Counted from the first letter of the stretch, positions 13,344 through 27,139 are shown. The stretch: 64,000 nt of DNA from Chiloscyllium plagiosum (GCF_004010195.1 NC_057755.1:2985286-3049285), one strand, 5' to 3'. The notes: generated from the sequence alone by a model not told the origin. Translations and numbers: made by a program.

Positions 13344-14455
13344 TTAATTTGCTGTCAATTGCTATCCTTTCATGGGGAAGGTGCGGTGTTCCCCCTTTTC
13401 CAATCGCTACCTGGTGGTAATGGCAGCTGCTGATCTCCTGGTCATTATCATTGGCATTATAGTGAAACGATTTCGCACTTATTATTACCCATGGTATTTC
13501 CTGAACATCACTCCTGTGTGTAGTGTTACTGGGGTCCTGTTACGTACAGCAGGGACTGCTCTGTCTGGTTCACTGTCACTTTCTCCTTTGCCCGATTTGT
13601 GATCATTTGTTACAAAATATTGCACTGAAAATATTGCGACTGTGGTGCTAGCAACAACCTGCACCCTGTTCTGTTTGAAAAACATCCCCTTTTATTTTCA
13701 ATATGAGCCTCGGGGCATAATCAACAACGTGCCATTCCGCTGTAGAACAAAATCAAGCTACTTTTCTGAGACTTTGGTGGGTGGCATTAGATGGGCTTGA
13801 TATGGTTTTAAGTCCTTTACTACCATTCGCTTTCATTCTGTCACTCAATTCTCTGACAGTCAGACGCATTTTAATGGCCAGTCGAATCCGGAAGAAGCTG
13901 AAGGGTGAGAGCAAAGGAGAGAATCACAGAGACCCAGAGATGGAGAGCAAGAGGAAATCTGTGATTTTGCTGTTGACCATCTCTGGGAGCTTCATCCTCC
14001 TGTGGTCAATTGCTGTGCAGGATTTCGTATATTATGTCATTCAAGGAATCAATCCTGACATTTACTCTGGTTTTCTATATCACTTCAGCAAAGTTGGTCA
14101 CATGCTGCGGAGACTAAGTTGTTGCACAAACGCATTTATTTATGCAACAACATTGTCCAGAGAGTGGTGGGTGTGTGGAATGTTCTGCCCCAGATGGCAG
14201 TGGAGGCCCTGTCTCTGGATTCGTTTAAGAAAGAGTTGGATAGAGCTCTCAAGGATAGTGGAATCAAGGATTATGGAGAGAAGACGGGAACAGGATACTG
14301 ATTGAGGATGATCAGCCATGATCATAATGAATGGTGGTGCAGGCTCGAAGGGCAGAATGGCCTACTCCTGCACCTATTGTCTATTGTTCAGAGCGAAGAT
14401 CAGTAAAGCAGTAAAATACTTGCTTACACGATTTCCTTGTGTTATATATAATTAA
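13344..14455 (+). pseudogene. GPR139-like GPCR pseudogene (gene A)
   Basis: CACAG acceptor, then VNLLSIAILSWGRCG. About four frameshifts are needed to follow the paralog alignment (near 13395, 13552, 13611, 13776). DRF is changed to ARF. A CR1 3' fragment is inserted at 14161-14385 just after TM7, and the native tail RFRAKISKAVKY...* resumes at 14386-14455. Confidence 0.88.
14161..14385 (+). mobile_element. CR1 LINE 3' fragment inserted in pseudogene A
   Basis: QRVVGVWNVLPQMAVEALSLDSFKKELDRAL; ends in a (CTATTGT)n tail; receptor sequence is colinear on both sides. Confidence 0.9.
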
Positions 14456-14524
14456 AACTCCTCAGTGAACACCACAGCAGGGTCCTATTGTTTCCAGAGC
14501 ATGAAACAATGTTTTAAAAGTAGT

Positions 14525-14975
14525 CACTCGTGGGATGTCAGCCTTGCTAGCGGAGTCAGCATCTACTACCGTCCCTAGTTGCCTCTTGAGAAGGTGGTGC
14601 TTAGCTGCCTTCCTCAACCACTGCTGTCCACAATGCGACAGTGAAGGAATGACGCTATATTTTCAACTCAAGATGATGAGGGACTTGGCGGAGACCTTGC
14701 AGGGGGTGGTGTTCCCAGCTATCAGCAGCACTTGTCCTTCCAGATGGAAGCGGTCACAGGCTTGGAAGGTGCTTTCTGTGGATCTTTGGTGAATTTCTGC
14801 AGTGTGTCTTGTAGATGATACATACCGCTGCCACTGTGTGTCGGAGGTGGAGGGAATGGATGTTTGTGAATGTGCTGCTAATTAACTGGCTGCTCTGTCC
14901 TGGATGGTGTCAAGCTACTTGAGTGTTGTTGGAGCTGCACCCCTCCAGGCAAGTGGGGAGTATTCCTTCACATTT
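14525..14975 (-). mobile_element. CR1-clade LINE 3' remnant
   Basis: RNVKEYSPLAWRGAAPTTLK motif; same family as 59620-60600. Confidence 0.65.
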
Positions 14976-15349
14976 CTGACAGACAGTCCTTCTCCTAGTG
15001 CAGGGAGAGAGTTGAGCTGGGAACCTGAGGATTTCCCATCACAGCACACTCCAAATGAATTTTCCGGGAAAATGGAATCTTCTACTGGGTAATTCCTGTC
15101 AGCTTGGAACTTTTTGTGAGCCTCCATCACAGTCAAATCCTTCCGAGTGCTTGGTGAAATTAAATGGAATAGTTAATCAGAAAATGTTTGTCTTTTACAT
15201 ACATGATCTCGCTGCTCAGTAACAGTCAAAAGACACCATACTAATGTCATAAACAGCCAATTATGAGCTGTTTCAATGTGAGAAATTGTGGCAGGTGATC
15301 ATATGATGTTATCAGAACACACCCACCAAACATTTATTAATGCAAAGTT

Positions 15350-15662
15350 CCAAATCACACAACACTGGGTTATAGTCCAATAGGTTTATTTGGAAGCACT
15401 AGCTTTCATAACACTGCTCCTTCATCAGGTAGCTGTGTAACAGAATCATAAGACACAGAATTTATTGCAAAGGTTTACAGTGTAATGTAACTGAAATTAT
15501 ATATTGAAATGGACCTGCATTGTTTGTTAAGTCTCTCATCTTTTAGAATGGGCATGTCGGTTTCAGCACTTTCATATGTATACTCCAGAACTTTCATAAA
15601 GTTACATTCTCAAGTGAACTTTAAGAATAGATGCCATGTTGGCCCAGATAATGACTTGAAGG
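15350..15662 (-). mobile_element. Penelope-terminal repeat (second family)
   Basis: TATAGTCCAATAGGTTTATTTGGAAGCACTAGCTTTC...CCTTCATCAGG; decayed hammerhead on the minus strand; related to 30250-30600. Confidence 0.6.
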
Positions 15663-15760
15663 TTATTTATGCAGCAACATTGTCTAGGTTCAGAGAAAAG
15701 TTCAGTAACAAAGTAAAATATCTAGTATCATTAAGTTCTTATTTATGAATAATTAAAACT
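15663..15760 (+). pseudogene. Orphan 3' fragment (end of TM7 + helix 8) of a fifth GPR139-like paralog
   Basis: IYAATLSRFREKFSNKVKY aligns with gene A's IYATTLS|RFRAKISKAVKY; both are followed by AATTAAAACT. The upstream sequence is a Penelope-type repeat, not receptor sequence. Confidence 0.75.
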
Positions 15761-16089
15761 TACGAATAATAACAAAAGCTGGGCTCCCTATTTTTAACAT
15801 CAAACTTACAAATTCCAATGGGCTGCTACACCATTGCCGCCCTCAAACATGTACAGTATTTCCTGTCATGGAGTGAATATGCAAAACCGTGCCATAAATC
15901 TCTCTCCATTTAAAAAAATACAACACTACCCTCTACTGTCCTCCCCATGCCACTGCATGTGGTACTGTGGAGGATTTATTCCCTCAAGGATTCGGTCAGA
16001 GAGAGAGAAAGAGACGGCAGCAGCTCACTACATAACCTAAACTAACAGCATCATCAACACACAAACACTCAAAGACACACAGAGACACA

Positions 16090-16275
16090 GAGTCGAAACG
16101 TGTGGTGCTGGAAAAGCACAGCCAGTCAGGTAGCATCCGAGGAGCAGAAGAATCGACGTTTCAAGTATAAGCTTTTCATCATGAAAAGCTTCTGCCTAAA
16201 ATGTTGATTCTCCTGATCCTCGGGTGCTGCCTTTTCAATTCTGATCTCCAGCATTTGCAGCCCTGACTTTCTCCA
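16090..16275. repeat. Palindromic Penelope-terminal non-autonomous repeat
   Basis: Arms are imperfect inverted copies around AAGCTTTTCATCATGAAAAGCTT. Confidence 0.7.
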
Positions 16276-17089
16276 CAGACACAGACAGAAACATACTCAC
16301 GGACTGACAGTCACGCAGACTGACCGACCGACAGACAGATACACACGCACACACAAACAAACACAGAAACGTGCAACACACGTGCATATCCATACAGACA
16401 GACAGACACAACACACGTATAGACATCACCCCCCCCCCCCCCACAACATACACACACGTGCACACACAAGTCCGGTTTGGAGAAGGTTGCAACTGGATTG
16501 AGATTCCTCAGTTTTGAACATGCTCGTGTGGAGAAGTGTTGTGCTCCCTCTGCAAAGTGTAATTTGTTTTTGTGCAGTATTTCTGACTATACACTTAAAT
16601 ACAGTATTTCCACTGATATTGTATGCATGTAACTTCGTGTGAGCTATTCATTGGGGAGTAGGGTGAATTTTACTTCAATTTCTGCAGCTTACAATATTTT
16701 CTGACGTGCTCTCACAGCTTCTAAGTTAGAAAGGAGTTAAAGGTAAAGGGAAATGGATCAGCATTGGGCATGTCCACCTCTTTATCCACATATGCCCTGG
16801 ACAACCTCACAAGGGATCGGGAAAAATTTCTCCATATCTCCAAAGTCATTTTTTGAAGAATGAAACAATCGTGTATTATGAGGCAAACACAGATTGTTTT
16901 CTTCAAAACAAATCTGATGTTTATGCAGTGGTATGGCGAATCCAGCAGAGGGTGGTTTTGTATCACGTTAAACAGAAGAGGAACAGACATTAAAAGAGAC
17001 AGAACTTTGAGCATTTGATTTAACACATTTTAATTAATTCGTTCAAACCTGCATTTGGACAAAGTGATTCCGATTGCAGGCAGAGATGA

Positions 17090-17640
17090 ACACACAGACA
17101 CACACACGAGCACACACCTCCAATCACACACATAGAGACACACATCAACATGAGCATTAACATTGTATCACCTTAAACAAAAGAGGGGCAGACAGAGGAA
17201 GTGATTTGATGCCATGTCAATGAGTTCACCCCAGAATAACAGAGAACACATTACACAGAGATACAGACACAGAGATACAGACACAAATACAGATACAGAC
17301 TGTTACATTAACACACAACAGAAAAAAGCACATAGAGATAGATGCACACACACACAGATATACATACTAATAAAAATACATTGTAATACAGACTCTAATA
17401 TTTACTAACAAACACACATATACCGACAGACACACCGAGATGGTCACTCTCACAACTATAGAGACAGAAACGCTCAAATACAGACACACACACATATGTA
17501 CAGAGACACATGCAGAGACAACACAGAGAGACACACACAAACACACACATGCGTGCACACTCACAGATACCCATACACGTAGACACAGACACACACAGAC
17601 ATTCACAAACACACATATATATACAAACACACACACAAGC
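17090..17640. repeat. CA/GA-rich low-complexity tract
   Basis: Directly visible. Confidence 0.85.
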
Positions 17641-17749
17641 ATATTGCTCAGGATAGTAAAAGTGAAGATTCTATTAGAATTCGTAGTTGCTGAAACTGAA
17701 TGAGAAATTAGTAGATTTATAGAAATGTGTGAGTTTACTGGAAATTTAT

Positions 17750-18280
17750 GCATAATTATACCTGGATAGCTGTGCCTTTAACAATTTTGTGAAGGAAACA
17801 AGTAAAATGTTGTCTTGTTCACAGAACACAAGGCTGCCTTTGAAAGGATGAATACAAATGGAAAGAAATGAACCAATGTTGGCCACCCCTGATTTTTCCA
17901 GACTTTTCAAAATGACAGGTGATGCTGGTGACTTGGAGCTGTGTACTGTCTTGTTCCAGGATGGTGAATCAGGTATAGAGAAAACCATAGGGCACTTCTC
18001 TGAGAAGCTATGCCAGTCGTTGGAAAAAATACTCTCTAACAGAAAAGGGGGATTTGGGAGAGTTGTTGGCTCTTCAACACTTTAAAGTCTGTCCAACAAG
18101 GAACAGTGAAATGCTAAGTTTCCCTAAACATAATTCACTCGCCTTCATTGAAAAGTTTCAAATAAAGAATGCAGGACTATTCTGATGGAGTCTTTTGTTG
18201 AAACCACTGAATGTAAAGATTGTGAACATCGCTGCAACAATGAACGTAATTGCTGATGTATTGTCCAAAGTGTTAAATGC
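17750..18280 (+). mobile_element. Gypsy LTR retrotransposon pol 3' end (RNase H), decayed
   Basis: LATPDFSRLFKM..DA.DL....VLFQD...GIEKTIGHFSEKL, followed by decayed DHN..., RWSLLL and NVIADVLS motifs; likely LTR-like sequence downstream (~18560-19190). Confidence 0.8.
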
Positions 18281-19189
18281 TGGCATAAGGGAATGGTTTA
18301 AGGAATGTTCGAATTGCACAACATTGTAAGAGGGGAGGAAGAATAAGTGGATTGTAATCTTGTGTTTTACTTTTTGTGCATCATTTATTTCGTAAAGAAA
18401 TGTATTTTTGAAATTGCATTTCATGATTCTAAGGCATATAATGATAACATTCGAAAAAAAATCTGGAATTTAATTATGTCCTTAAAAATGAGAAAAGAGA
18501 CACTTTATAAACAAGGAAGTGGAGAATTGTTACATGATCTGAAAGCAATTCACCAGATGTTGAGAGCGACCCAGTGATTGAAGTGTGGTTGTGGACCTAT
18601 TTACAGATGGTGTTTTGGTTTGCAGCAGGTAACTGATTGGTTTGTGAACATGTGACCAATTCTCAATGAGACAGCCTTCAGCCTGCCAGTAGCAATGTGA
18701 TTGGTTCTCAGACAGCTGAACAGCTTCGGGCTATGAACCAGATACAGAGAAATCTTCAGAAATCCACCTGCTCAGAGCTCTCTCTGTTCTCTGCTGTAAA
18801 AGCCTCTTCAAGGCTGAAGAAACTTGGTTTATTGCTTCTTCAGCAGTTCCTGTGAGCTCGGCCTTTTAATTAGACTGTTAGAGACTGTTTATAAGCGTGA
18901 CCCAGTCCGTATGTCTCTTGTAAATCACTGAGAGCCCCCAGAGAAGGAAGACTGGGAAGCAACTATCTGAGCAGCAAAGAACCAACGCAATCATCTCATC
19001 TTCCATGTGAAGAGGAACCACAAAACATCCTTCTCTATCTTTCCCGCTATCCACGACATGTTTTTGTCTACTGTATGTGCGTGTGCCTGTGTGAGCGGGT
19101 GTAAAGGTGGTTGTGTGAAGATGTGGGTGTATGCATGTATGTATGTTCGTGTGTCTGCATGAGTGGGTGCCTGTGTTGCTTGTTTCAGG

Positions 19190-21333
19190 TACGTAAGCAC
19201 TTTGGTGACAGTGATCACAGTCCGGTTACATTTACTTTGCGATGGAAAGGGATATACCACATGGAAGAGTTACAGCTGGAGGGAAAAGGCAATTATGATG
19301 TGATTAGGCAAGATTTAACATGCATAGGATGTGGAAGGAAATTGCAGGAGATGGGCACAATTGAAATGTGGTGCTTATTCAAGGAACAGCTACTGCGTGT
19401 TCTTGATAGGTATCTACCTGTCAGGCAGGGAGGAAGTTGTCGAGTGCGGGAGCCGTGATTTCCTAAGGAAGTTGAATCTCTTGTCAAAAGGAAGAAGAAG
19501 ACTTTTGTTAGGATGAGATGTGAAGGCTCAGTTAGGCTGCTTGAGGGTTAAAAGTTAGCCAGGAAAGACCTAAGGAGAGAACCAAGAAGAGCCAGGGCGA
19601 GACATGAGAATTCATTGGCTAGTAGAATCAAAGGAAAACCCCTAAGCATAGAATGACTGGAGTAAGATGACAGCCAATCAAGGGCAGTAGTGGGAAATTG
19701 TGCATGGAGTCCGAGGAGATAGGTAAAGTGCTAAATGATTATCTTTTGCTGGCATTCGCACTGAAAAAGAAAACCATATTGTCAAGCGAATACTGAGATA
19801 CAGGCTTTTAGATTAAACGGTATTGAGGTTCAAAAGGAGGAGGTGTTTGCACTTCTCGAAAGTGTGAATATAGATAAGTCCCCTGGGCTGGATGCAATAT
19901 ATCTTAGGATTCTCTGAGAAGCCAGGGAGGATATTGCAGAGCCTTTGGCTTTAATCATTATGTCATCATTGTCCACAGGAATAGTGCCAGAATACTGGAG
20001 GATAGCAAATGTTGTTCCCTTGAACAAGTAGGGAAGTTGGATCAATCCAGGTAACGATAGACTAATATACCATACTTCGGTCGTGTGTAAAGTGTTGGAA
20101 ATGTTATAAGAGATAGGATTATAATCATCTGGAGAGGAATAAGTTGATCAGGGATCGTCAACACGGTTTTGTGCCTTACAAACCATATTGAGTTCTTTGA
20201 GTACAGACTGGTGGATGGGAGTAAAGCAATTGATTTGGATTTCAGTAAGTCGCTCGATAAGGTCCCCCATGGTAGGCTATTGCACAAAATATGGAGGCAT
20301 GGGATTGAGTGTGATTTAGTGATTTGGATCAGAAATTGGCTAGCTGAAAGAAGACAGAGGGTAGTGGTTGATGGGAAATATTCATCCAAGAGTTCAGTTA
20401 CTCGTGGGGTACAGCAAGGATCTGTTTTGAGTCCACTGTTGTTTGTCATTTCTATAAATGACCTGGATGAGGGCATAGAAGGATGGGTTAGTAAATTTAC
20501 AGAAGAGAAGAAGTTAGGTGGTGTTGTGGAATGTGCTGAAGGATGTTGCAGAATACAGAGGAACATAGATAAGCTGCAGAACTGGGCTGAGAGGTGGCAA
20601 ATGGAGTTTAATGTGGAAAGGTGGGAAGTGATTCAGTTTGGAAGGAGCGACAGGAATAAATAGTTATGGGATAATTGTAAAATTCTTGGGAATGCAGATG
20701 AGCAGAGCGATCTCAGTGTTCATATACACAGACCACTGAAAGTTGCCACCAGGTTGATAGGGTTGTTACGAAGGCATACGGTGTGTTAGCTTTTATTATT
20801 AGAGGGATTGAGTTTCGGAGCCATGAGGTCATGTTGCAAGAATTGGAAGAATTGGAAGCTTTGGAAAGGGTTCAGAGGCGATTTACTAGGATGTTGCCTA
20901 TTGTGGAGGGAGGACTTATGAGGAAAGGCTGAGATTCTTGATTCTGTTTTCGTTAGGGAGAAGAAGGTTGAGAGGCGACTTCATTGAGACATACAAAAGA
21001 TAATCAGAGAGTTAGATAGGATGCACAGTTAGAGCCTTTTTCCTCGGATGGTGATGGCTAGTACGAGGGAACATAGCTTTAAATTGAAGGGTGATAGATA
21101 TGAGGAGAGATGTCAGAGGTGGTTTTTTTTTACTCAGAGAGTAGTAGGGGCTTGGAACGCCCTGCCTGCAACTGTAGCAGATTTGGCAACTTTAAAGGCA
21201 CTTAAGTGATCATTGGATAAACATATGGATGAAAATGGAATAGTGTAGGATAGAAAAGCTTCAGATTGGTTCCACAGGTCGGCGCAACATCAAGGGTCGA
21301 AGGGCCTGTACTGCGCTGGAATGTTCTATGTTC
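19190..21333 (+). mobile_element. CR1 LINE, 5'-truncated ORF2 (end of endonuclease + RT) with 3' end; many stops
   Basis: SDHSPV, KSPGLD, DFSKSLDKVPHGRL, GVQQGSVLSPLLF and WAERWQMEFN motifs; ATGTTCT-type tail. Confidence 0.92.
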
Positions 21334-23459
21334 AAACTATTGTCTGAGGCAAGGATCTCTATACTGTAAACTAACATCAAATTAAAACTAAATGTTCTGT
21401 TTTTTNNNNNNNNNNNNNNNNNNNNNNNNNNNNNNNNNNNNNNNNNNNNNNNNNNNNNNNNNNNNNNNNNNNNNNNNNNNNNNNNNNNNNNNNNNNNNNN
21501 NNNNNNNNNNNNNNNNNNNNNNNNNNNNNNNNNNNNNNNNNNNNNNNNNNNNNNNNNNNNNNNNNNNNNNNNNNNNNNNNNNNNNNNNNNNNNNNNNNNN
21601 NNNNNNNNNNNNNNNNNNNNNNNNCAATCAACAAAGTCTGTTCACTTCCATTTAATCACTCTGACTAAACTGTTCAATTTATATAATCACGCTGCCAATT
21701 GTGTTCATTTATATATAGTTAGTATGTCAAGTCTGTGCATTCATATGCGTATATTTATTTATATGTATATGTGTGTATGCATGTGTGTGTATTCACTCTA
21801 CCAAGACTGCTTATTAACATTTAAAATCACCTTGCCAAAACTGTTCTTTTATATTTAAAATTGTGCTGCCAAAACAATACGTTTATAAAGTGTTATGAAG
21901 CTGAAGGCATGTACTGTACCTTTAAGAGTGAGTGAATGCTGTTCTGAACTGAGAGATTACAAATACTTGTACATGTGAATAGATGGCAGTCCCAGACGGT
22001 CCTAGAAGATTGAAAATATATAACATTTGCTTGTGAAATGGACACCTGAGTCTTGGTTGTTGTTTTGACAACAATTCGAATTTAACCAATCAATGCTGCA
22101 GGGTACTAAAACCCAATTGAGTTTGAATTTATTGTTTTGTCAACATCGAAGCAATGAAATGATCCAGTGTTGGCCATATAAAATTTGGACATTGTGAAAA
22201 GTAGAAACAGAGCAACTGCTATTGAGATAGATCCAAGAAATTAGGAAACAGTCCCTATCTAAGTTACCTTTTCATAGGAAACATTCTCGCAGTAAAATCA
22301 AGAAGACAATCTAGGGAATTCAGCAACCGGAAGAGTGAAGTCACAGACAACGGAAAGGTGTCTGTGTTGCATTGAAAGTAAATTGATGTTATTTTACTAT
22401 GTGTCTTCCTGAACAACAAATTGCAATGGAGTTGGAGGGAGGTAATAAATAGTTAACAGAAAGTAGGGCTTAGTGTTGTCAATAGTTGTTGTTTAATGTT
22501 TACTTTTCGGGTTAAATATAAATTGATGTTACTTTCTTTAAATAGTGGAGGATGGGAGTTATCTATCACTAATATTTTAACAAATTGCGAAGTGATGCGA
22601 ACTTTTCGGTGTGTTTCGATTAAATTAACAGAACGGTTCACCTCTGAATACATTTGGCAGCGTCATTATATATTGAACAGTTTAGGCTGAGTGATTAAAT
22701 GGAAGTGAACAGATGTTGTTGATTGTTGAGTGCGAAACGATCACTTATTGAGTGAATGAGGAAAGAGTGATCGATTTAAAAACAAAAGAAAAAAACAGAA
22801 CATTTAGTTTTAATTTATGTATTTTACAGAAGTTATTTTACAGTCCAGAGATCCTTGCCTCAGACAATAGTTTGAACATAGGACATTTCAGCACAGTACA
22901 GGCCCTTCGACCCTCGATGTTGCGCCGACCTGTGGAACCAATCTGAAGCTTTTCTATCCTACACCATTTGGAGGGTCGGGTCTGAGATTTAGACTGGTTT
23001 AGATAGATCAAGTTTGAGATTTGGACAGATTTGAATAAATTTGTGGTCCAAAGGATTCCAGTAGACTTAAACACTTGCCGATTAGTGCCCTAGGTCTTCA
23101 AATAAAATAAAAGGAAAGAATTATTAAAATTTTGGTTAAATGAAAAGTGAGGGAAATGGCTGTTAACATTGCTAAAGAGGCTCTGGGCTTTGAAGATACT
23201 TCCCAAATTTGCAAAGAAAGTTTAGAAAGACAGAGAAACAACCTACATTTAGAATTACGAAATAGGTTAGAATTGGGTTTAACCAGGGAAAGAAAGAAAG
23301 CTGAAGTTGCAATGGAGTTGGTCAAGCACTTAGGTGTATCAGAGAACAGATAAGTGCAGTACAGTGAGGAAAAAATAAATTGCAATTGAGGCAAGAGGAG
23401 GGAAAAGATAAAGAATGGGAAAGAACCGCAATGAGAGAAGAAAGAGAAAGAAAATCTAA

Positions 23460-23735
23460 AATCCCTACAGTGTTGGTACAGGCCCTTCGGCCCATCAAGT
23501 CCACACCAATCCTCCGAAGTGTGACCCACACAGACCCATTCGGCCTACCTTATCTAAATTTCCCTGAACACTATGGGCAATCTGGCATGGCCACCTCACC
23601 TAAATGGCACAACTTTGGAGCGTGGGAGAAAACCCATACAGACAGAGGGAGAATGCACAAACTCCACACAGACAATCACTCTAGACTAGAATTGAACCAG
23701 GGTTCCAGGCACTGTAAGGCAGCCGTGCATCCCAC
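23460..23735 (-). mobile_element. V-SINE (tRNA-derived head) inserted in Gypsy gag
   Basis: Reverse complement shows a decayed tRNA head, TGTGTGGAGTTTGCATTCTCCC, and a GGGCCGAAGGGCCTGT tail. Confidence 0.75.
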
Positions 23736-24333
23736 TGATCCAACGTTCCATACCAAAGCTAAACAGAACAAAAGAAAGTGTGAATTATTCAGGAAAGTCA
23801 AGTTAACAGGATGGAGACGAAGAGAGGAAGTAGTGATGTTTGCAAATATGTTAAAACATTCGCACAATTTGATGTGAAAGATGTTGAAGTTTTCTTTATT
23901 TCACTTGAAGAACTGGCTCGGCAGAGGCAGTGGCCAGAGTGACATTGTGGTAAGGCTTATTCAGACAAAGCTGGTAGGCAGATGCAGTGCTGTCAAATGA
24001 GGGGGCAAGAGATTATGCAAATGTCAAAAAGGCTATTTTGAGTGCTTATGAATTGTTACCAGAAACGGATAGACAGCGATTCAGACAGATAAAGAAGAAA
24101 CCAGGTCAGACTTGTATTGAATTCAAAAGAATAAATCAAGATAATTTTGATAGGTGGGTGCAGGCCATAGTGATAGATACGATATATGAAACTCTAAAAG
24201 AGATTATTCTGCTGGAAGAGTTTAAAAACCTTAAAAACATGAGATGATAGGAATAACATTGAGTGCAATTCTGGTCTCCTTCCAATCAGAAGGATGTTGT
24301 GAAATTGAAAGATTTTAGAAAAGATTGACAAGG

Positions 24334-25350
24334 ATTGAATTGAATTGAATTTCTTGTGACATGTACCGAGACACAGTGAAAAGCTTTGTCTTGTGAGCAA
24401 TAAAGGCAGATCACATAGTTAAATAACATAGATAGTAAATAATAGGTAAGCAGCGGCAAAAACAAAAACATGGGTACTGGTGAATATTAAGAATTTTGGA
24501 GTCCATTCAGTACTCTAACAACAGTAGGGTAGGAACTATTGCAAAACCGGCTGGTGCGTGTGTTCAGGCTTCTGTACTTTCTCCCTGATGGTCGAGGTTG
24601 TAGAAAAATCATTGCGAGGGTGAGATGGATCGTTGAGAATGCCTTTCCTCGACAGCAGGCCTGGTCGATGCATTCTATAGATGGGAGATTGTCTTTTGTG
24701 ATTGAACGGGCCGAGTTCTCTACTCTCTGTAACTGTCTCCGACCTTGAATGGTACAGTTGCTATACCAGGTAGTGATACATCCAGACAAAATTCTCTCTA
24801 TAAAAGTTGGCATGCTAAATTTCCTCAGCTGCCTGATGAAGAAGAGAAATTGTTGGGCCTTTGTAACCAGTTTGTCCACATGAAGAGTCCAAGAAAGCTT
24901 GTTGTGGATGATCACTCCTAGGAGCTTGACACTCTCCACATATTCCACTTCTGTGCTGTTAATGTGTAGGGGGGCATGAGTAACATCCTGCCGAAAGTCA
25001 ATAATGTGTTCCTTGGTTTTGCTGGCATTGTGAGCTAGGTTGTTCTTAGTGCATCACTTTTCCAGGTCTTCCACCTCCCGTTTTTTGTCTGTTTCGTTGC
25101 CATGAGATTCGACCAACTATGGTGGTGTCATCTGCGAACTTGTACGTGGCATTAGTCTGGTATTTGATGACGCAGCAATGGCTATACAGTGAGTACAGTA
25201 GGAGGCTGAGTACGCGCTCCTGGGGGGCTCCAGTGTTGAGTGTTAGTGACGATGAAATATTATCCCCAATCTTCACTGATTGTGGCCTGTAGGTCAGGAA
25301 ACTGAGGATCCGGTTGCAGCAAGAGGGGCTTAGTCCGAGATCATTAAGTT
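24334..25350 (-). mobile_element. Rex1/Babar LINE (RT C-terminus, 3' end with (TTCAA)n tail)
   Basis: [39 protein letters not shown] and GCITTWY motifs; microsatellite tail at 24334-24351. Confidence 0.88.
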
Positions 25351-25449
25351 TGTAAGTTTGCATGCTGCTAGGGCTGGACAATTTGAGCGATAGGGAGAAA
25401 TTGAATTGGCTGGTTTTCTCTGGAGCATTGGAATTTGAGGGTGATCTCT

Positions 25450-27139
25450 AAGAGGTTCATAAAATCATGAGGGGTGTGAACAGGATAAATAGACAAAGTC
25501 TTTTCCCAAGTGTTGGGGAGTCCAGAACTAGAAGGCATAGATTTGGGGTGAGAGGGGAAAGATATAAAACGGACCTAAGGGCAACAATTGCTATATTTAA
25601 AAGGCATTTGGATGGGTATCTGAATAGGAATAGTTTAGAGGGATATAGGCCAAGTGCTGGCAAGTGGAACTCGATTAGGTTGGGACATCTGGTCAGTATG
25701 GACAAGTAGGACTGAATGGTCTGTTTCCGTGTTGTACAGCTCTATGACTCGATGTGCATGAACAGAAAGTTCAAGACATGAGAATAGCGGCAGAGGTAGA
25801 ACATGAATATGCATTGGTGTGGAGCGCAAGGTTTAACTTCCAGTAGGTATTTCATTCCATGAGGTACAGAAATTGGGAGAAGGGGAGATCCTACACTACA
25901 AATCAAAAAGTATAGCACAATGGGTGATAATGGAAGCACAAGGTGGCGAAAATGAGGTTTAAGACCTCATATGTTTCCATGTGGTAAGTTGGGAAAGGTA
26001 AAGTCACAATCCTGGTCGTTGAAGAAAGGCACTATCGGATAAGATGTGGTAAGAGAGACTGAGCCAGTGGCATTAGTTCACGTAATAAAGGAAATCCAAG
26101 AAAAGGCGAGGAGCTGCGGAGAGTGCACAGCCTCAGCAGGGGCTGGGTTTAGAGTTAGTGCCTGATCTCGAGAAAAACTTCACATCGGTTGGTAAAGTTT
26201 ACACAGGAAGAGTAGGGGAAGAGGCCTGGAAGGGAAAGAAACTACAATTTTGAGAAATACGTGATCTTATCAGTCTCTAATTGTAACAGTTGAAGAGGTT
26301 CATAAAATCATGAGGGTTGTGAACAGGATAAATAGACAAAGTCTTTTCCCAAGGGTTGGGGAGTCCAGAACTAGAAGGCATAGATTTGGGGTGAGAGGGG
26401 AAAGATATAAAACGGACCTAAGGGCTACAATTGCTACATTTAAAAGGCATTTGGATGGGTATCTGAATAGGAATGGTTTAGAGGGATATAGGCCAAGTGC
26501 TGGCAAGTGAAACTCGATTAGGTTGGGACATCTGGTCAGTATGGACAAGTAGGACTGAATGGTCTGTTTCCGTGTTGTACAGCTCTATGACTCGATGTGC
26601 ATGAACAGAAAGTTCAAGACATGAGAATAGCGGCAGAGGTAGAACATGAATATGCATTGGTGCGGAGCGCAAGGTTTAACTTCCAGCAGGTATTTCATTC
26701 CATGAGGTACAGAAATTGGGAGAAGGGGAGATCCTACACTACAAATCAAAAAGTATAGCACAATGGGTGATAATGGGAAGCACAAGGTGGCGAAAATGAG
26801 GCTTAAGACCTCATATGTTTCCATGTGGTAAATTGGGAAAGGTAAAGTCACAATCCTGGTCTTGGAAGAAAGGCACTATCGGATAAGATGTGGGAAGAGA
26901 GACTGAGCCAGTGGCATTAGTTCACGTAATAAAGGAAATCCAAGAAAAGGCGAGGAGCTGCGGGAGAGTGCACAGCCTCAGCAGGGGCTGGGTTTAGAGT
27001 TAGTGCCTGATCTCGAGAAAAACTTCACATCGGTTGGTAAAGTTTACACAGAAAGAGTAGGGGAAGAGGCCTGGAAGGGAAAGAAACTACAATTTTGAGA
27101 AATACGTGATCTTATCAGTCTCTAATTGTAACAGTTGAA
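25450..27139 (+). repeat. Tandem duplication, about 843-bp unit (CR1 3' end + Gypsy gag/protease piece)
   Basis: 25450-26293 is near-identical to 26293-27139. Confidence 0.92.
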
